A DNA stretch of 63,990 bases, the filler included, from Ferroacidibacillus organovorans (GTDB lineage: Bacteria; Bacillota; Bacilli; Alicyclobacillales; SLC66), in assembly GCF_001642725.1 (NCBI RefSeq). It is 5 parts of 5 records of this genome, joined end to end, with 100 filler letters (N's around TTAATTAATTAA, not from the genome) between each part and the next. Parts side by side here need not be neighbours in the genome. Positions count along the whole stretch, not along the records: positions 29,640 to 43,630 come from NZ_LSUQ01000065.1; positions 43,731 to 56,973 come from NZ_LSUQ01000066.1; 3 more parts are not named here. One strand, written 5' to 3'. The notes under the pieces are model-generated. The model worked only from the letters and a program-made list of their open reading frames with translations, had not been told where the DNA came from and made no database searches. The translations under genes were made by a program, and so were the position numbers. Each line of letters starts with the position of its first letter. Position 1 is the first letter of the stretch. Of the stretch, positions 37,774 through 47,650 are shown piece after piece.

Positions 37774-38248
37774 AGAGATCCCCCCAGTTTAAGTGAGTGT
37801 CGTGCGGCGTGCGCCACGCTTCATGATCCATCAGCAAAATTCCATCCATGTGATCGATCTCATGTTGTAGACAACACGCGAGATTCCCTTTCGCTTCAAC
37901 CCAGAGAGGTGCGCCAAATCGATTCAGCGCATAAACGCGAACGCGCGCATAGCGACGTATGGTTCGCTTGAGTCCGGGGACACTCAGACAGCGCTCAACA
38001 CTTTTCATCTGCCCTTCCCCTGCAAGAAGAATTGGGTTGACCATCTCACACAAGCCGTGCCCTACGTCATAGACAAAGACGCGCCGCTTTATGCCAATTT
38101 GCGTAGCCGCGAGACCTATGCCGCAATGAGCGTACATCGTCTCGGCAAGGTCATCGAGCAGTTTCGCAAGTTGCTGGTCAAATGTCGTTACAACGTGCGC
38201 TTTATGACGCAACACCGCGCGCGTTGTGGTCATGATCGTGCGCACCAT
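37703..38248 (-). CDS. def: Peptide deformylase (divergent, C-terminus overlaps fmt)
   Basis: GIGLAATQ, ERCLS (normally EGCLS), QHEIDH. Confidence 0.88.
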   Translation of the reverse strand: MVRTIMTTTRAVLRHKAHVVTTFDQQLAKLLDDLAETMYAHCGIGLAATQIGIKRRVFVYDVGHGLCEMVNPILLAGEGQMKSVERCLSVPGLKRTIRRYARVRVYALNRFGAPLWVEAKGNLACCLQHEIDHMDGILLMDHEAWRTPHDTHLNWGDLFGRTAHCLYGHDEFFGHHSSCSD

Positions 38249-38274
38249 GTACAAGCTCCTTTTTGGCTATTTCA

Positions 38275-40686
38275 CTAGAGGGTCATCCACGAATTGATGT
38301 CGACATGCAAAGAGACACCATTTCCACACACAGCGACAGCCTGATCAAACGCTTCCCGCAGTCTCTTTGAAACGGCGCGAAACGAGTGGTATTTAACAAC
38401 AACCTGATACCGATACGCCCCGCGGATGCGACCGACGACTGCAGGTGCCGCCGACAAAAGTTGTACGCGCTCGCATCCTTTTAGTGATGCTTCAAGCAAG
38501 TGATGAAGTTGCTGCGCACCTTCGCGCGCCTTGCTTTCTTCATCGTGCGTCACGATGAACTGTGCGATTTCCGTGAATGGCGGGTACTCTAGGCGCCGTC
38601 GCAACGGTAACTCGGTGCGATAAAACTGCTCGTAATCTTGCGCTGCCGCCGCTTGAATCGCGTAGTGATCTGGCGCGAACGTCTGAATGACCACGCGCCC
38701 CTCGCGACCGTGGCGTCCAGCGCGCCCCGCCACTTGAACAAGCAACTGAAAGGTGCGCTCTGCCGACCGGAAATCCGGCACGTGAAGCGCCGCATCCGCC
38801 GCAACGACACCCACGAGCGATACACGGGAGAAATCATGCCCTTTAGCAATCATCTGCGTACCAAGGAGCACATCTGCCTCGCCCTTGGAAAATGCGGAAA
38901 GAATCTGTTCATGCGTTCCCACGCCGGCTGTTGTGTCCACATCCATGCGCAGCACTCGCACGTTTGGGAACCAGGAGAGTACTTCTTGCTCCAATTGCTG
39001 CGTTCCCGCGCCAAATGTGCGCATGCGGCCACCGCCGCATGCCGGGCAGGTATCACGCAGCGGCGCACGGTAGTTACAAAAGTGGCACAATAGCGTGTGT
39101 TCCGGCGTTCGATGCACCGTGAGTGTGACGTCACAGTGCGGGCACGTAAGGGTCTCCCCACATTCTCGACAAAGTAAAAACGAAGAAAAACCGCGACGAT
39201 TCAAAAGCAGCACCGCTTGTTCTTGATGCTCAAAAGAATCCTTCAGCGCATCGCGCAACGCGCGACTCAAAAGTCCTTGCTGATTCATCTTCATCTCCTG
39301 GCGCATGTCGACAATGCGCACTTCCGGTAGAGGACGGCCAGTCGCCCGCTCTTTTAGCATTCGCTTTGTGTAGCGTCCACTCTCTACGCGATACATCACT
39401 TCAAGCGAAGGGGTCGCACTCCCAAGGATCAGCGGCGCATTCGCACGCGCTGCGCGCCACGCTGCAATCTCACGCGCGACATAGCGCGGATCGCGATCCT
39501 GTTTGTACGTCGCCTCGTGTTCTTCGTCAATGACGAGCAGGCCGAGCCGATCAAGCGGTGCAAACACCGCAGAGCGGGCGCCGACAACTACATCGGCAAC
39601 GCCTTCATAGATGCTCGCAAACTGGTGCCTGCGCTCGCGCTCCGACATACGGCTGTGAAGAACGGCGACGCGCGAACCAAAGCGCCTGCGAAAGCGCGCG
39701 ACAATCTGCGTTGTCAGCGCAATTTCTGGCACCATGACAAGCGCTTGCAATCCTTTTTGAAGCGCGCGCTCGATCGCTTGCAGATAAACCTCTGTTTTTC
39801 CGCTGCCCGTAACCCCCTGAAGCAAGATCGTCTCGTGCTTTTTCGCATCGATCAGTTCAACAATCGAAGCCACAGCCGCGCGCTGCTCCTCTGTGAGTGC
39901 GAGCCGTTTCTCCGTCTCCTCGCCGCTTTCATTCACAGGCTTTGAAATGACTTGAACCAATCCCTGCGCCTTTAGCGAGCGAATCATCTCAGAAGTTACG
40001 AGCCCCTGTTCGAGCAATTCAGCGTAGCGTTGCGGCGCGCCTTTTTCCTGCAAGAGAATCAATAGTTCGCGCTTGTGCGCGCTTCTCACGCGATTAAGCG
40101 CTGCGTCTGGCACTGCGTTCACCCATATTTCCGAGCGCCTGGATACGGTCGAACCGCCGAGTTCGAGCGTCAAGCAACCTTGCCGCACAAAGCGCGTCAG
40201 AAGCGCGCGTGAAAACCCTTTTTCAAGCAGCGTCGCCTCTGCCAAACGCGCTTTCTTTGTGAACACCTTGTCGAGTCCCGCGATCAAGTCCGCGTCAGCA
40301 TCCTGCGTTCCATGCAAGGCGACCCACTGACGATCGAGCTGATAATATCGTTTCCCCGGCGAGCGAATGACCGGGGGCAACACGGTCGAGACGGCTGCCG
40401 CCCACGTACAAAAATAGCGTTTCCTCATAAAATCAAGGAGTTCGATCAAATCCTTGGTAAGAGGCGGTCGCTGACCTGACAGTTTTTGCGTAATCGCTCG
40501 ATACGATACAGAATCATCTTGAGCATGATCCTTTAACGCAAGGACATACCCTTCTACCCGTTGCGCCCCAAATGGAACCTCAACCGCGTCACCTGCAAAG
40601 AGTTCCATCCCCTCGGGCACGAGATAATCGAAAAGGCGATCGACCGCCCGCGCGCGAACCAAAACTGCAACCTCTGCATACCGCAT
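38275..40686 (-). CDS. priA: Primosomal protein N'
   Basis: GVTGSGKTEVY, DEEH, SATPS, two zinc-binding CxxC pairs, QVAGRAGR. Confidence 0.97.
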   Translation of the reverse strand: MRYAEVAVLVRARAVDRLFDYLVPEGMELFAGDAVEVPFGAQRVEGYVLALKDHAQDDSVSYRAITQKLSGQRPPLTKDLIELLDFMRKRYFCTWAAAVSTVLPPVIRSPGKRYYQLDRQWVALHGTQDADADLIAGLDKVFTKKARLAEATLLEKGFSRALLTRFVRQGCLTLELGGSTVSRRSEIWVNAVPDAALNRVRSAHKRELLILLQEKGAPQRYAELLEQGLVTSEMIRSLKAQGLVQVISKPVNESGEETEKRLALTEEQRAAVASIVELIDAKKHETILLQGVTGSGKTEVYLQAIERALQKGLQALVMVPEIALTTQIVARFRRRFGSRVAVLHSRMSERERRHQFASIYEGVADVVVGARSAVFAPLDRLGLLVIDEEHEATYKQDRDPRYVAREIAAWRAARANAPLILGSATPSLEVMYRVESGRYTKRMLKERATGRPLPEVRIVDMRQEMKMNQQGLLSRALRDALKDSFEHQEQAVLLLNRRGFSSFLLCRECGETLTCPHCDVTLTVHRTPEHTLLCHFCNYRAPLRDTCPACGGGRMRTFGAGTQQLEQEVLSWFPNVRVLRMDVDTTAGVGTHEQILSAFSKGEADVLLGTQMIAKGHDFSRVSLVGVVAADAALHVPDFRSAERTFQLLVQVAGRAGRHGREGRVVIQTFAPDHYAIQAAAAQDYEQFYRTELPLRRRLEYPPFTEIAQFIVTHDEESKAREGAQQLHHLLEASLKGCERVQLLSAAPAVVGRIRGAYRYQVVVKYHSFRAVSKRLREAFDQAVAVCGNGVSLHVDINSWMTL

Positions 40687-40689
40687 GAC

Positions 40690-41907
40690 CTACACCTCGC
40701 GCTGAGCGTGGATCAACTGGAGCAGCGCCTTTGCGACCGTCAACTTATCCGCCTGCGCAAACGGTGTGACACTACCGTTTGCCGCGTATACCGTCACGCG
40801 GTTTGTCCCCGTCCCAAACCCTGCCCCCGGTTCAAGCACATCATTTAAAACGACAAAATCAAGTCGTTTCTCCCTCAGCTTTTTTTGTGCGTAGTGTTCG
40901 TGATCGTGCGTCTCTGCCGCAAACCCGACCAATTTCGCGCGCGGCTTCATATGATCGCGAAGTTGCGAGAGTATGTCTGGATTTTTGACAAGCGAAAGCG
41001 AAAGCGTATCCTGCGTTTTTTTCAGTTTTTTTTCGAGGACAGCTTCCGGGCGATAGTCTGCGACCGCAGCGGTCATGATAATAACGTCAGCGTCTTTTGC
41101 GTGATCGATCATGACCCGCTCCATCTCGCTTGCCGTCGTAACACGGATCATAGAAACGCCGAGCGGATCCGCCAATTCACTCGGGCCGCTGACAAGCGTC
41201 ACATCAGCACCCATGCGCCACGCCATGCGGGCGATCGCATATCCCATCGTGCCAGTCGAGTCATTTGAGAGGTAGCGCACCGGATCGATCCGCTCGCGCG
41301 TGGGACCTGCGCTCACCAAAAATCGCACGCCTTTATAATGAGGCTTCGTCGCTACACCTTCCAGAAACTCCAAGAGATCATCCGGCTCCATCAAACGGCC
41401 TTTTCCAGTATACCCGCACGCAAGCGGACCAGCTCCCGGTTCTGCGATCAGGTAACCGTGCGCCTGTAACTTCTGGATGTTCTCTTTTACAATCGAGTTC
41501 TCCCACATATGAACATTCATCGCAGGTGCAAATGTAACCGGCGCACGCGTCGCGAGCAGCATCGTCGTCAGCATGTCATCGCCAAGTCCGTGCGCCACGC
41601 GCGCAAGCACATCGGCCGTCGCTGGCGCGACAATCACCAAATCCGCCTCGTCCGCAAGTGAAATATGCGCGATCCGCGAAGGATCACGCTCATCAAAAAC
41701 GTCAACATGTACTGGTTCGTGCGTGAGGCTTTGAAAGGTAAGCGGCGCCACAAACTGCGTGGCGCCGCGCGTCATCACCGTGCGCACGCGCGCACCGCAC
41801 TTCGTGAGTAAACTCGCGAGATACGCAGACTTATACGCTGCAATCCCACCAGTGACCGCCAATACCACCGTTTTCCCGGAAAGCGACGATGGGTTCACAA
41901 GGCTCAC
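40690..41907 (-). CDS. coaBC: Bifunctional PPC decarboxylase/synthetase
   Basis: GGIAAYK, PAMN, LACGYTGKGR, IDPVRYLSN, GFAAET. Confidence 0.97.
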   Translation of the reverse strand: MSLVNPSSLSGKTVVLAVTGGIAAYKSAYLASLLTKCGARVRTVMTRGATQFVAPLTFQSLTHEPVHVDVFDERDPSRIAHISLADEADLVIVAPATADVLARVAHGLGDDMLTTMLLATRAPVTFAPAMNVHMWENSIVKENIQKLQAHGYLIAEPGAGPLACGYTGKGRLMEPDDLLEFLEGVATKPHYKGVRFLVSAGPTRERIDPVRYLSNDSTGTMGYAIARMAWRMGADVTLVSGPSELADPLGVSMIRVTTASEMERVMIDHAKDADVIIMTAAVADYRPEAVLEKKLKKTQDTLSLSLVKNPDILSQLRDHMKPRAKLVGFAAETHDHEHYAQKKLREKRLDFVVLNDVLEPGAGFGTGTNRVTVYAANGSVTPFAQADKLTVAKALLQLIHAQREV

Positions 41908-42113
41908 TTCAATCCGTCGCGTGTGCGAACATAACTGATCTGCTTGATCTCAATCTCACGCAGCGCCGTACTGACGAAACGTCCCGAGCGAACGATTGCG
42001 CGCGGTTCCGCACCTTCCTGTAGCGCGCGCGCCCGCTTTGAGGCCGCAATGACCAACGTGTACTTGCTGTCTGCGAGTGTGAGAAGTTTGTCGACGGACG
42101 GATAGAGAATCAT
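41904..42113 (-). CDS. rpoZ: RNA polymerase omega subunit
   Basis: MILYPSVDKLL...SKYTLVIAASKRAR. Confidence 0.95.
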   Translation of the reverse strand: MILYPSVDKLLTLADSKYTLVIAASKRARALQEGAEPRAIVRSGRFVSTALREIEIKQISYVRTRDGLK

Positions 42114-42158
42114 AGTTTCAAGCTCCTTTTCATTCTTCAATCAGATCTTAGCGCATCC

Positions 42159-42440
42159 TCAAACACTGGGTAAATCCGCGTTAAACAGTACCTTTTCATC
42201 GCCCTGCATGGCGCGAGCCGTCACTGTCTCCGGCTCGATCGCCGCGAGAATGACATGTCCACTGTCAACGATGATCACCGCGCGCGTTTTTTTTCCAAAC
42301 GTCGCGTCAATCAATTTCATCTGTTCGCGCGCATCTTGAATCAATCGTTTGATCGGCGCTGACTCTGGATTCACGATCGAAAGGATCCGCGCTGACGCAA
42401 CATAACTGCCATACCCGAGATCAATCAGTCTGTCGTTCAC
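42159..42440 (-). CDS. remA: DUF370 regulator RemA
   Basis: [15 protein letters not shown]...[14 protein letters not shown]. Confidence 0.93.
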   Translation of the reverse strand: MNDRLIDLGYGSYVASARILSIVNPESAPIKRLIQDAREQMKLIDATFGKKTRAVIIVDSGHVILAAIEPETVTARAMQGDEKVLFNADLPSV

Positions 42441-42488
42441 GTTGGCTACCCCTCACCTGCGTAAGTCCGCTTTCAGCGCTTCAATCGA

Positions 42489-43373
42489 CTACTCAATATT
42501 TTGAACTTGCTCCTTCAATTGTTCAAGGACATGCTTCAACTCAAGAACGTCTTCCGTCAATCGCAAATCGGCCGCTTTTGCACCGAGCGTATTGGTCTCT
42601 CGGTGAAGCTCTTGCAACAAAAATTCCATGCGCCGCCCCACTGCGCCATCCTCGCGACAGAGGGTGAGGAGTGCATGAAGGTGGCATTCTATCCGCGCCA
42701 TTTCCTCTTCGACCGAACTGCGCGCCGCGTGATACGCCACCTCAACCGCCAAACGTTCAGACGCGAGGTCTATCGTATTTCCGAGAATTCCGCGCACTCG
42801 TGCCACAATCCGCTCGCGTTCAAGCGCCTCAATCGCGGGAATCCTTGTCTTCATTCCCAAATGGAGTGACTGCGCGCGATCTAAAAAGCGCAGAATCTCA
42901 GCTTTTATAGCTAATCCTTCCGTTCGACGTCGCGCGATAAACTCCTGCAACGCCTCTTCAAGGATAGAAAAAAGTTGTTCATCATCCCCCGTGCACGTCT
43001 GCGAATCGACGGTCCCGACGGAGAACAGCCCCGGCACCATAAGCAGGTGCCCGACGGAGGCGGGTTCCATGTCAACAAATTCTGAGCGCGTCGCGCGTTT
43101 GAGTACATTTAATGCGGCGTGCAAAACGCCTTCATTGAGCGTGACTTCCTCCGGTTCATCTTGCTTCGCCCGCTCGCTGAGATAAATCTCCACGCGCCCG
43201 CGGCTTATACCCTTTTTAACGAGATCTCGCAGCGCACTCTCCAGTCGCAACAACTCTCGCGGCAAGCGAAACACGACATCGAGGTAGCGATGATTGACCG
43301 AACGAATCTCAATGAGAAAAACGCGATTGCCCCAAACGCCTTCTGCATGGCCATATCCGGTCATACTCTTCAC
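42489..43373 (-). CDS. yloC: YicC/YloC family endoribonuclease
   Basis: KSMTGYG, IRSVNHRYLD, GRRMEFLLQELHRETNT, EQVQNIE. Confidence 0.95.
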   Translation of the reverse strand: MKSMTGYGHAEGVWGNRVFLIEIRSVNHRYLDVVFRLPRELLRLESALRDLVKKGISRGRVEIYLSERAKQDEPEEVTLNEGVLHAALNVLKRATRSEFVDMEPASVGHLLMVPGLFSVGTVDSQTCTGDDEQLFSILEEALQEFIARRRTEGLAIKAEILRFLDRAQSLHLGMKTRIPAIEALERERIVARVRGILGNTIDLASERLAVEVAYHAARSSVEEEMARIECHLHALLTLCREDGAVGRRMEFLLQELHRETNTLGAKAADLRLTEDVLELKHVLEQLKEQVQNIE

Positions 43374-43519
43374 GCAGCTACGATCTCCTTTTTTTGAATG
43401 GGCACTTGCGCAATACAATGCAGTCGAACAAACGCATCTCTCTATTTTATACGACGAACGCGCCAGAAGAAAGTCTCTCTGTCATTACACAAGCTTTTGC
43501 AATCGATGCCACCAGAAAA

Positions 43520-43797
43520 ATCGAGTAGGAGGGGGCGCCTAGCCCCCGACCTCTCACACCACCGTACATGCGGGTCCGCATACGGCGGTTCATGAAGCAC
43601 TGCGAAGTTGCAAGTACCTCTCCTGTAGACNNNNNNNNNNNNNNNNNNNNNNNNNNNNNNNNNNNNNNNNNNNNTTAATTAATTAANNNNNNNNNNNNNN
43701 NNNNNNNNNNNNNNNNNNNNNNNNNNNNNNCGGTAGGTCTGTCGCCAACCCCCGTTCGGGACTTGCACCCTATAGATTCCGCCCATGCCGGGCGTAC
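43520..43797 (-). mobile_element. Second group IIC intron; only its two ends are assembled, either side of the gap
   Basis: 5' end GTACGCCCGGCATGGG at 43797 just after a terminator; 3' end with ORF tail LQERYLQLRSAS*, domain V GAACCGCCG... and CCTACTCGAT ending at 43520. Confidence 0.88.
43631..43730. other. Artificial contig linker (inside the intron)
   Basis: N run with TTAATTAATTAA. Confidence 0.97.
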
Positions 43798-43801
43798 ATA
43801 G

Positions 43802-43841
43802 AAAAGTACGCAGCAAAGGAAATCCTTTGCTGCGTACTTTT
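43802..43841 (-). terminator. Intrinsic terminator of the S-layer gene
   Basis: AAAAGTACGCAGCAAAGGA-aa-TCCTTTGCTGCGTACTTTT perfect hairpin. Confidence 0.9.
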
Positions 43842-43858
43842 TAGTACTGAAGTAAATC

Positions 43859-46800
43859 TTAGTAGGTCAATGTTACAGTAGGTACGGTGATCGTAGTGTT
43901 TTGATAAACCGATCCTGTAACATTACCAGTTATCGTAGCAGAATTCGCTACATCAACCAATGTTGCAGTTGCTGAAGAAGTGCCGCCAGCGATTGTGATT
44001 GATGCACTTTGCGAAGCTACACCGTTCACAATAAACTCAAGGCCTGCAGGCGCAACTACGTTCACAACATAACCTGCAGATGGGGCTACAACAGGGTTAC
44101 CACCTACATCAGTCAGCGTATACGTGACTGGATAAGAATCACCAATGGTCAATGCTGTCGCAGAAGATACACCCGAGAGAACAACCTGCTTCGCAACATT
44201 AGAAGGCTCAATGTTAATACTTGCAGCGCCACGAGCACCAGTGCTGTTGTCAACAATACTTACTGTTGTCAGTCCAGCCATCTGTGCTGTCATGCTATTC
44301 AAGTATCCACTCACTGCAGCCAAAGTACCTGTAATTGTGGTAACATCTGTCGTTGAATTATTCGAAACAGATACTCCACTTGGCACAGTAGCCCCTAAAA
44401 GCAATCCGGAAGCATGATTGATAGTAACCGTTACATTGTCTGTCCCGTTCACAAGTACAGGATTATTGTTAATATCAAACCCTGTATCAGCCAATGGAGT
44501 TACTGGGTTGCCACTAGCCAACGTAGCAAATTCAAGTGTATCACCAGCATTGGCGTAAACAGTGTTGTTGCTGTACGTTGTTGTAGAGGATGGCGAAACA
44601 TCCTTTAACAAGAATTGGTACGAAGCAGCCGGATAATCCTGTACAGAGACAGATGTACTTGCATTAGCAAATCCAGTACCTTCTGCAGTAATTGTCCAAG
44701 TAGCACCATTGTAATCTTGTGCCGCAAATGGAATTACGATCTGCCCACTTGCATTAGTTGTTACCGTCGCACTCATAGAAGTAGGTGCATACGGTTGGCC
44801 ATCCAAAGATGCAGATCCAAGCTTACCTTGAGCGTAAACTGTAAGAGTTACTCCGCTCGCAACCGGATTACCGTACTGATCTGTCACGGCAATTGTCAAG
44901 TTAGTAGACAATGCATTTGGACGAAGCACATTTGTAGCTGGCGTGACCGAGAGTCTCTCTGATAATGGAGATGACGCATTTGCCAACTCTGTCACAGTCA
45001 CAGGATTCGATGCTCCCAATGCATTGGTCGTTTCACCGTCAGAAACAGTTACGGTATACGTTCCTGCATCTGCAGATGTACTCGAATCCCAAACTGCAAA
45101 GCTTGTTGTATTTACAGGAAGAACATAAACACCTGAGGTGTTAGCCGATACAGCTGTGCCAACCACTGCACCAGCTGCATTTGTTGGTTGCACATAAACG
45201 TTCGTTACAACTGTTCCAGCGCTGTTTTTAACAACAACATTTGGAATAACTGTCGTTTGTGGATTAATAGCAGTAATTCCATTTGCATCAAGCTGGCTAA
45301 TGGTGTAATCAATCTGATTTGCCGCTCCACCTTGAACAAAAGTTCCAGATGATGCACTCAAAGACAATTTTGTTGGGTTACCAGCAATTGCAGCAGTAAT
45401 ATTAGTCGTACCAGTCTTCAATCCTGTACCGGAAACTGCTACAACATAGGTGCCAGTTTTACCCTGTACGCCATCAACAACAAACGTGGCGGTACCACCA
45501 TAATAAGATGTTACCGTTTCCGTAGTCAGACCATTGGAGAATACCCCGCCACCAGAAACGGAGGCATTGAGGTTGTACGTTCCACCGATCATCGGGTTAC
45601 CTGTTTGGTCTTCTACAGTTACCGTAACAGCGTCTGTGCCAGTATTGTTATTCACAGGCAATGTGCTTGTTGCTGCAGACACCACGATTGATGTAGGTGT
45701 TTGCGGTACTGCAGTCAACGTCAAAGGCGAGTATGAAATCGTAGACGACTCACTTGATCCATTAGCCGCTGTCAATCCCGAAAGCGAAACTGTGGATGTG
45801 TATCCCGGGATATTTTCAGACTGTACATAGAACGTCGCTACACCGCTTGTAAATGAAAGCGTTGTTCCACTGAGATCAGCAGCTTGTGAAGTAGCTGTTG
45901 TCAATGCTGTCGTTACAGCTGTACCTGTAACGCTCAGTGAAGCCTGACCACTAAAGTTAGTAACAGGAACACCATTACCGTCTACAATGGTTGCTGTTAC
46001 TTTATTCAGCGAAACGCCATTGGCAACAACACTGGTGCTCGAAGCCGATAACTTCACGCCAGCCGCTTGGCCAAATACATTGACCGTGAACGGTGCAGAC
46101 TGAACGCCGTCAACCGTTGCAACGATTGTGTACGTGCCAGGCGCAGTTGGAATAAAGCTTGTTGTTGCACCCATTTGCTGACCAAAGAAACCAGTTGTTG
46201 CACTGCCCGAAGCAAATGCGTACGTTACCATCGCGCTCGAAGGAAGCGTCACTGTGCTGCTGCCAGCCATGACGTTCACTGAGAGCGTTTCGTTGCTATT
46301 CGGTGACATTGCTGTGCCACCGCTGACGGTCACTGTCGCGCCTTGCGGCAAGAGCGTGCCGTTGGTGTAGCTGAGAATGTTCTCAAGGATGATCGCAGCG
46401 TCGCCGCGCGTTACCCACTTTTGCGTGGTGGTCGGCGTGTAAGGCGTGCCTTGGAACAAGCCGATGCTGTACGCATAGCTGAGTGGTGTTACGCCTGCTG
46501 GCAAGGTTACTTTGCCCGCAACTTCCATCGACTTCACGAAGAAGGAAGCGATGTCGCCGTAGGAAGCTTGGTAGTTCTCGTTGAAGTTGCCGCCTGTGAA
46601 GATACCGACCCAGTACGGGTTGATCCAGTTGTTCTCATACGCTGCGCCAACATAGTTGAAATCCCAGTTGCCAGGCGCGATGTCTTTGTAGTATTGCGCG
46701 TTCGCACCAGGTTTTACACCGGTGACGCCTTCGACTGCAAGCATGTAGTACGCGAGGAATTGGCCGCGCGAGATGGAATCTGTCGGGCGGAATGTGCCGT

Positions 46801-46975
46801 CGCTGTAGCCATGCATGATGCCTTTGTTGGAAAGATCAAGGATCGCCGAGTAGCCCGGTGTCGTTGCTGTGACGTCTGTGTAAGAGCTTGTTTGAGCTGC
46901 AAATGCGGAAGGTGCGAGCGTTGTACCAATGACAAGCGCTGCTGCCGCAATGCTAGTAAGACGACTGCGTTTCAA
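43859..46975 (-). CDS. S-layer protein (N-terminal SLH region, Thr/Ser/Val-rich Ig-like domains)
   Basis: Signal peptide ending AFA; SLH motif YTDV...KGIMHGYSDGTFRPTDSISRGQF; repeated DxxGNP Ig-like motifs; strong RBS and terminator. Confidence 0.9.
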   Translation of the reverse strand: MKRSRLTSIAAAALVIGTTLAPSAFAAQTSSYTDVTATTPGYSAILDLSNKGIMHGYSDGTFRPTDSISRGQFLAYYMLAVEGVTGVKPGANAQYYKDIAPGNWDFNYVGAAYENNWINPYWVGIFTGGNFNENYQASYGDIASFFVKSMEVAGKVTLPAGVTPLSYAYSIGLFQGTPYTPTTTQKWVTRGDAAIILENILSYTNGTLLPQGATVTVSGGTAMSPNSNETLSVNVMAGSSTVTLPSSAMVTYAFASGSATTGFFGQQMGATTSFIPTAPGTYTIVATVDGVQSAPFTVNVFGQAAGVKLSASSTSVVANGVSLNKVTATIVDGNGVPVTNFSGQASLSVTGTAVTTALTTATSQAADLSGTTLSFTSGVATFYVQSENIPGYTSTVSLSGLTAANGSSESSTISYSPLTLTAVPQTPTSIVVSAATSTLPVNNNTGTDAVTVTVEDQTGNPMIGGTYNLNASVSGGGVFSNGLTTETVTSYYGGTATFVVDGVQGKTGTYVVAVSGTGLKTGTTNITAAIAGNPTKLSLSASSGTFVQGGAANQIDYTISQLDANGITAINPQTTVIPNVVVKNSAGTVVTNVYVQPTNAAGAVVGTAVSANTSGVYVLPVNTTSFAVWDSSTSADAGTYTVTVSDGETTNALGASNPVTVTELANASSPLSERLSVTPATNVLRPNALSTNLTIAVTDQYGNPVASGVTLTVYAQGKLGSASLDGQPYAPTSMSATVTTNASGQIVIPFAAQDYNGATWTITAEGTGFANASTSVSVQDYPAASYQFLLKDVSPSSTTTYSNNTVYANAGDTLEFATLASGNPVTPLADTGFDINNNPVLVNGTDNVTVTINHASGLLLGATVPSGVSVSNNSTTDVTTITGTLAAVSGYLNSMTAQMAGLTTVSIVDNSTGARGAASINIEPSNVAKQVVLSGVSSATALTIGDSYPVTYTLTDVGGNPVVAPSAGYVVNVVAPAGLEFIVNGVASQSASITIAGGTSSATATLVDVANSATITGNVTGSVYQNTTITVPTVTLTY

Positions 46976-47293
46976 TCTGGTTCCTCCTCTGTATTGACCA
47001 CTAAGAATAAAAGCTGAAATGAAGGGAAAGGATAGTTCTGTGTGAACAGAACGCCCTGCGACTGAGTTGTCTCTATCTCCCTGTCACGCCGTTTCTGAGT
47101 TCCCGCTTCTCCGTGAGACTGAACGCCAGTACTTCTCCCCGTCCACGCGATCGTCTTTCCGGTCCAAGCGTTTCGCTCAGTCGTATCATCACAGGTAGAC
47201 ATCCCTCCTCTCAGTGCCCGAGCCCGCCGGACACACCTGCACTTTTTTTGCGTTCGTGGGTTAGACGAACGAGATTGCAATATGGTTACATCG

Positions 47294-47323
47294 ATTATAC
47301 ATCGGTTCGTTCACATTCTACAA
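47294..47323 (-). promoter_or_regulatory. Putative SigA promoter giving a long (about 310 nt) S-layer 5' UTR
   Basis: TTGTAG-18-TATAAT. Confidence 0.55.
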
Positions 47324-47650
47324 ATCTACCGGAAGACTCGATTGCGTCTTCGCATAACGGAGTATACCTGACAATGTTCTGTGAGGTAAACCACCGAAAC
47401 TTGGTATTGCATGCAATCTACAGGTTACACAGTGAATCTTAGGCAGTTCGTCTTTCAGACAGCGGTTTCGATTCATCGCTGCGAAAAAGACGGGCACACG
47501 TTGCTCGTCTGCCTTAGTGTAGCAAACGAACGTGCTCTTGCCTACCAGTCTTCGAGCAAACTGTTTCGTTTTTGGGTAGATCTTACCACATTCAATTTGT
47601 TTTCCATAATTTTTACATATTTTCTTAATCGAATCACAGTTCTATCGTCT

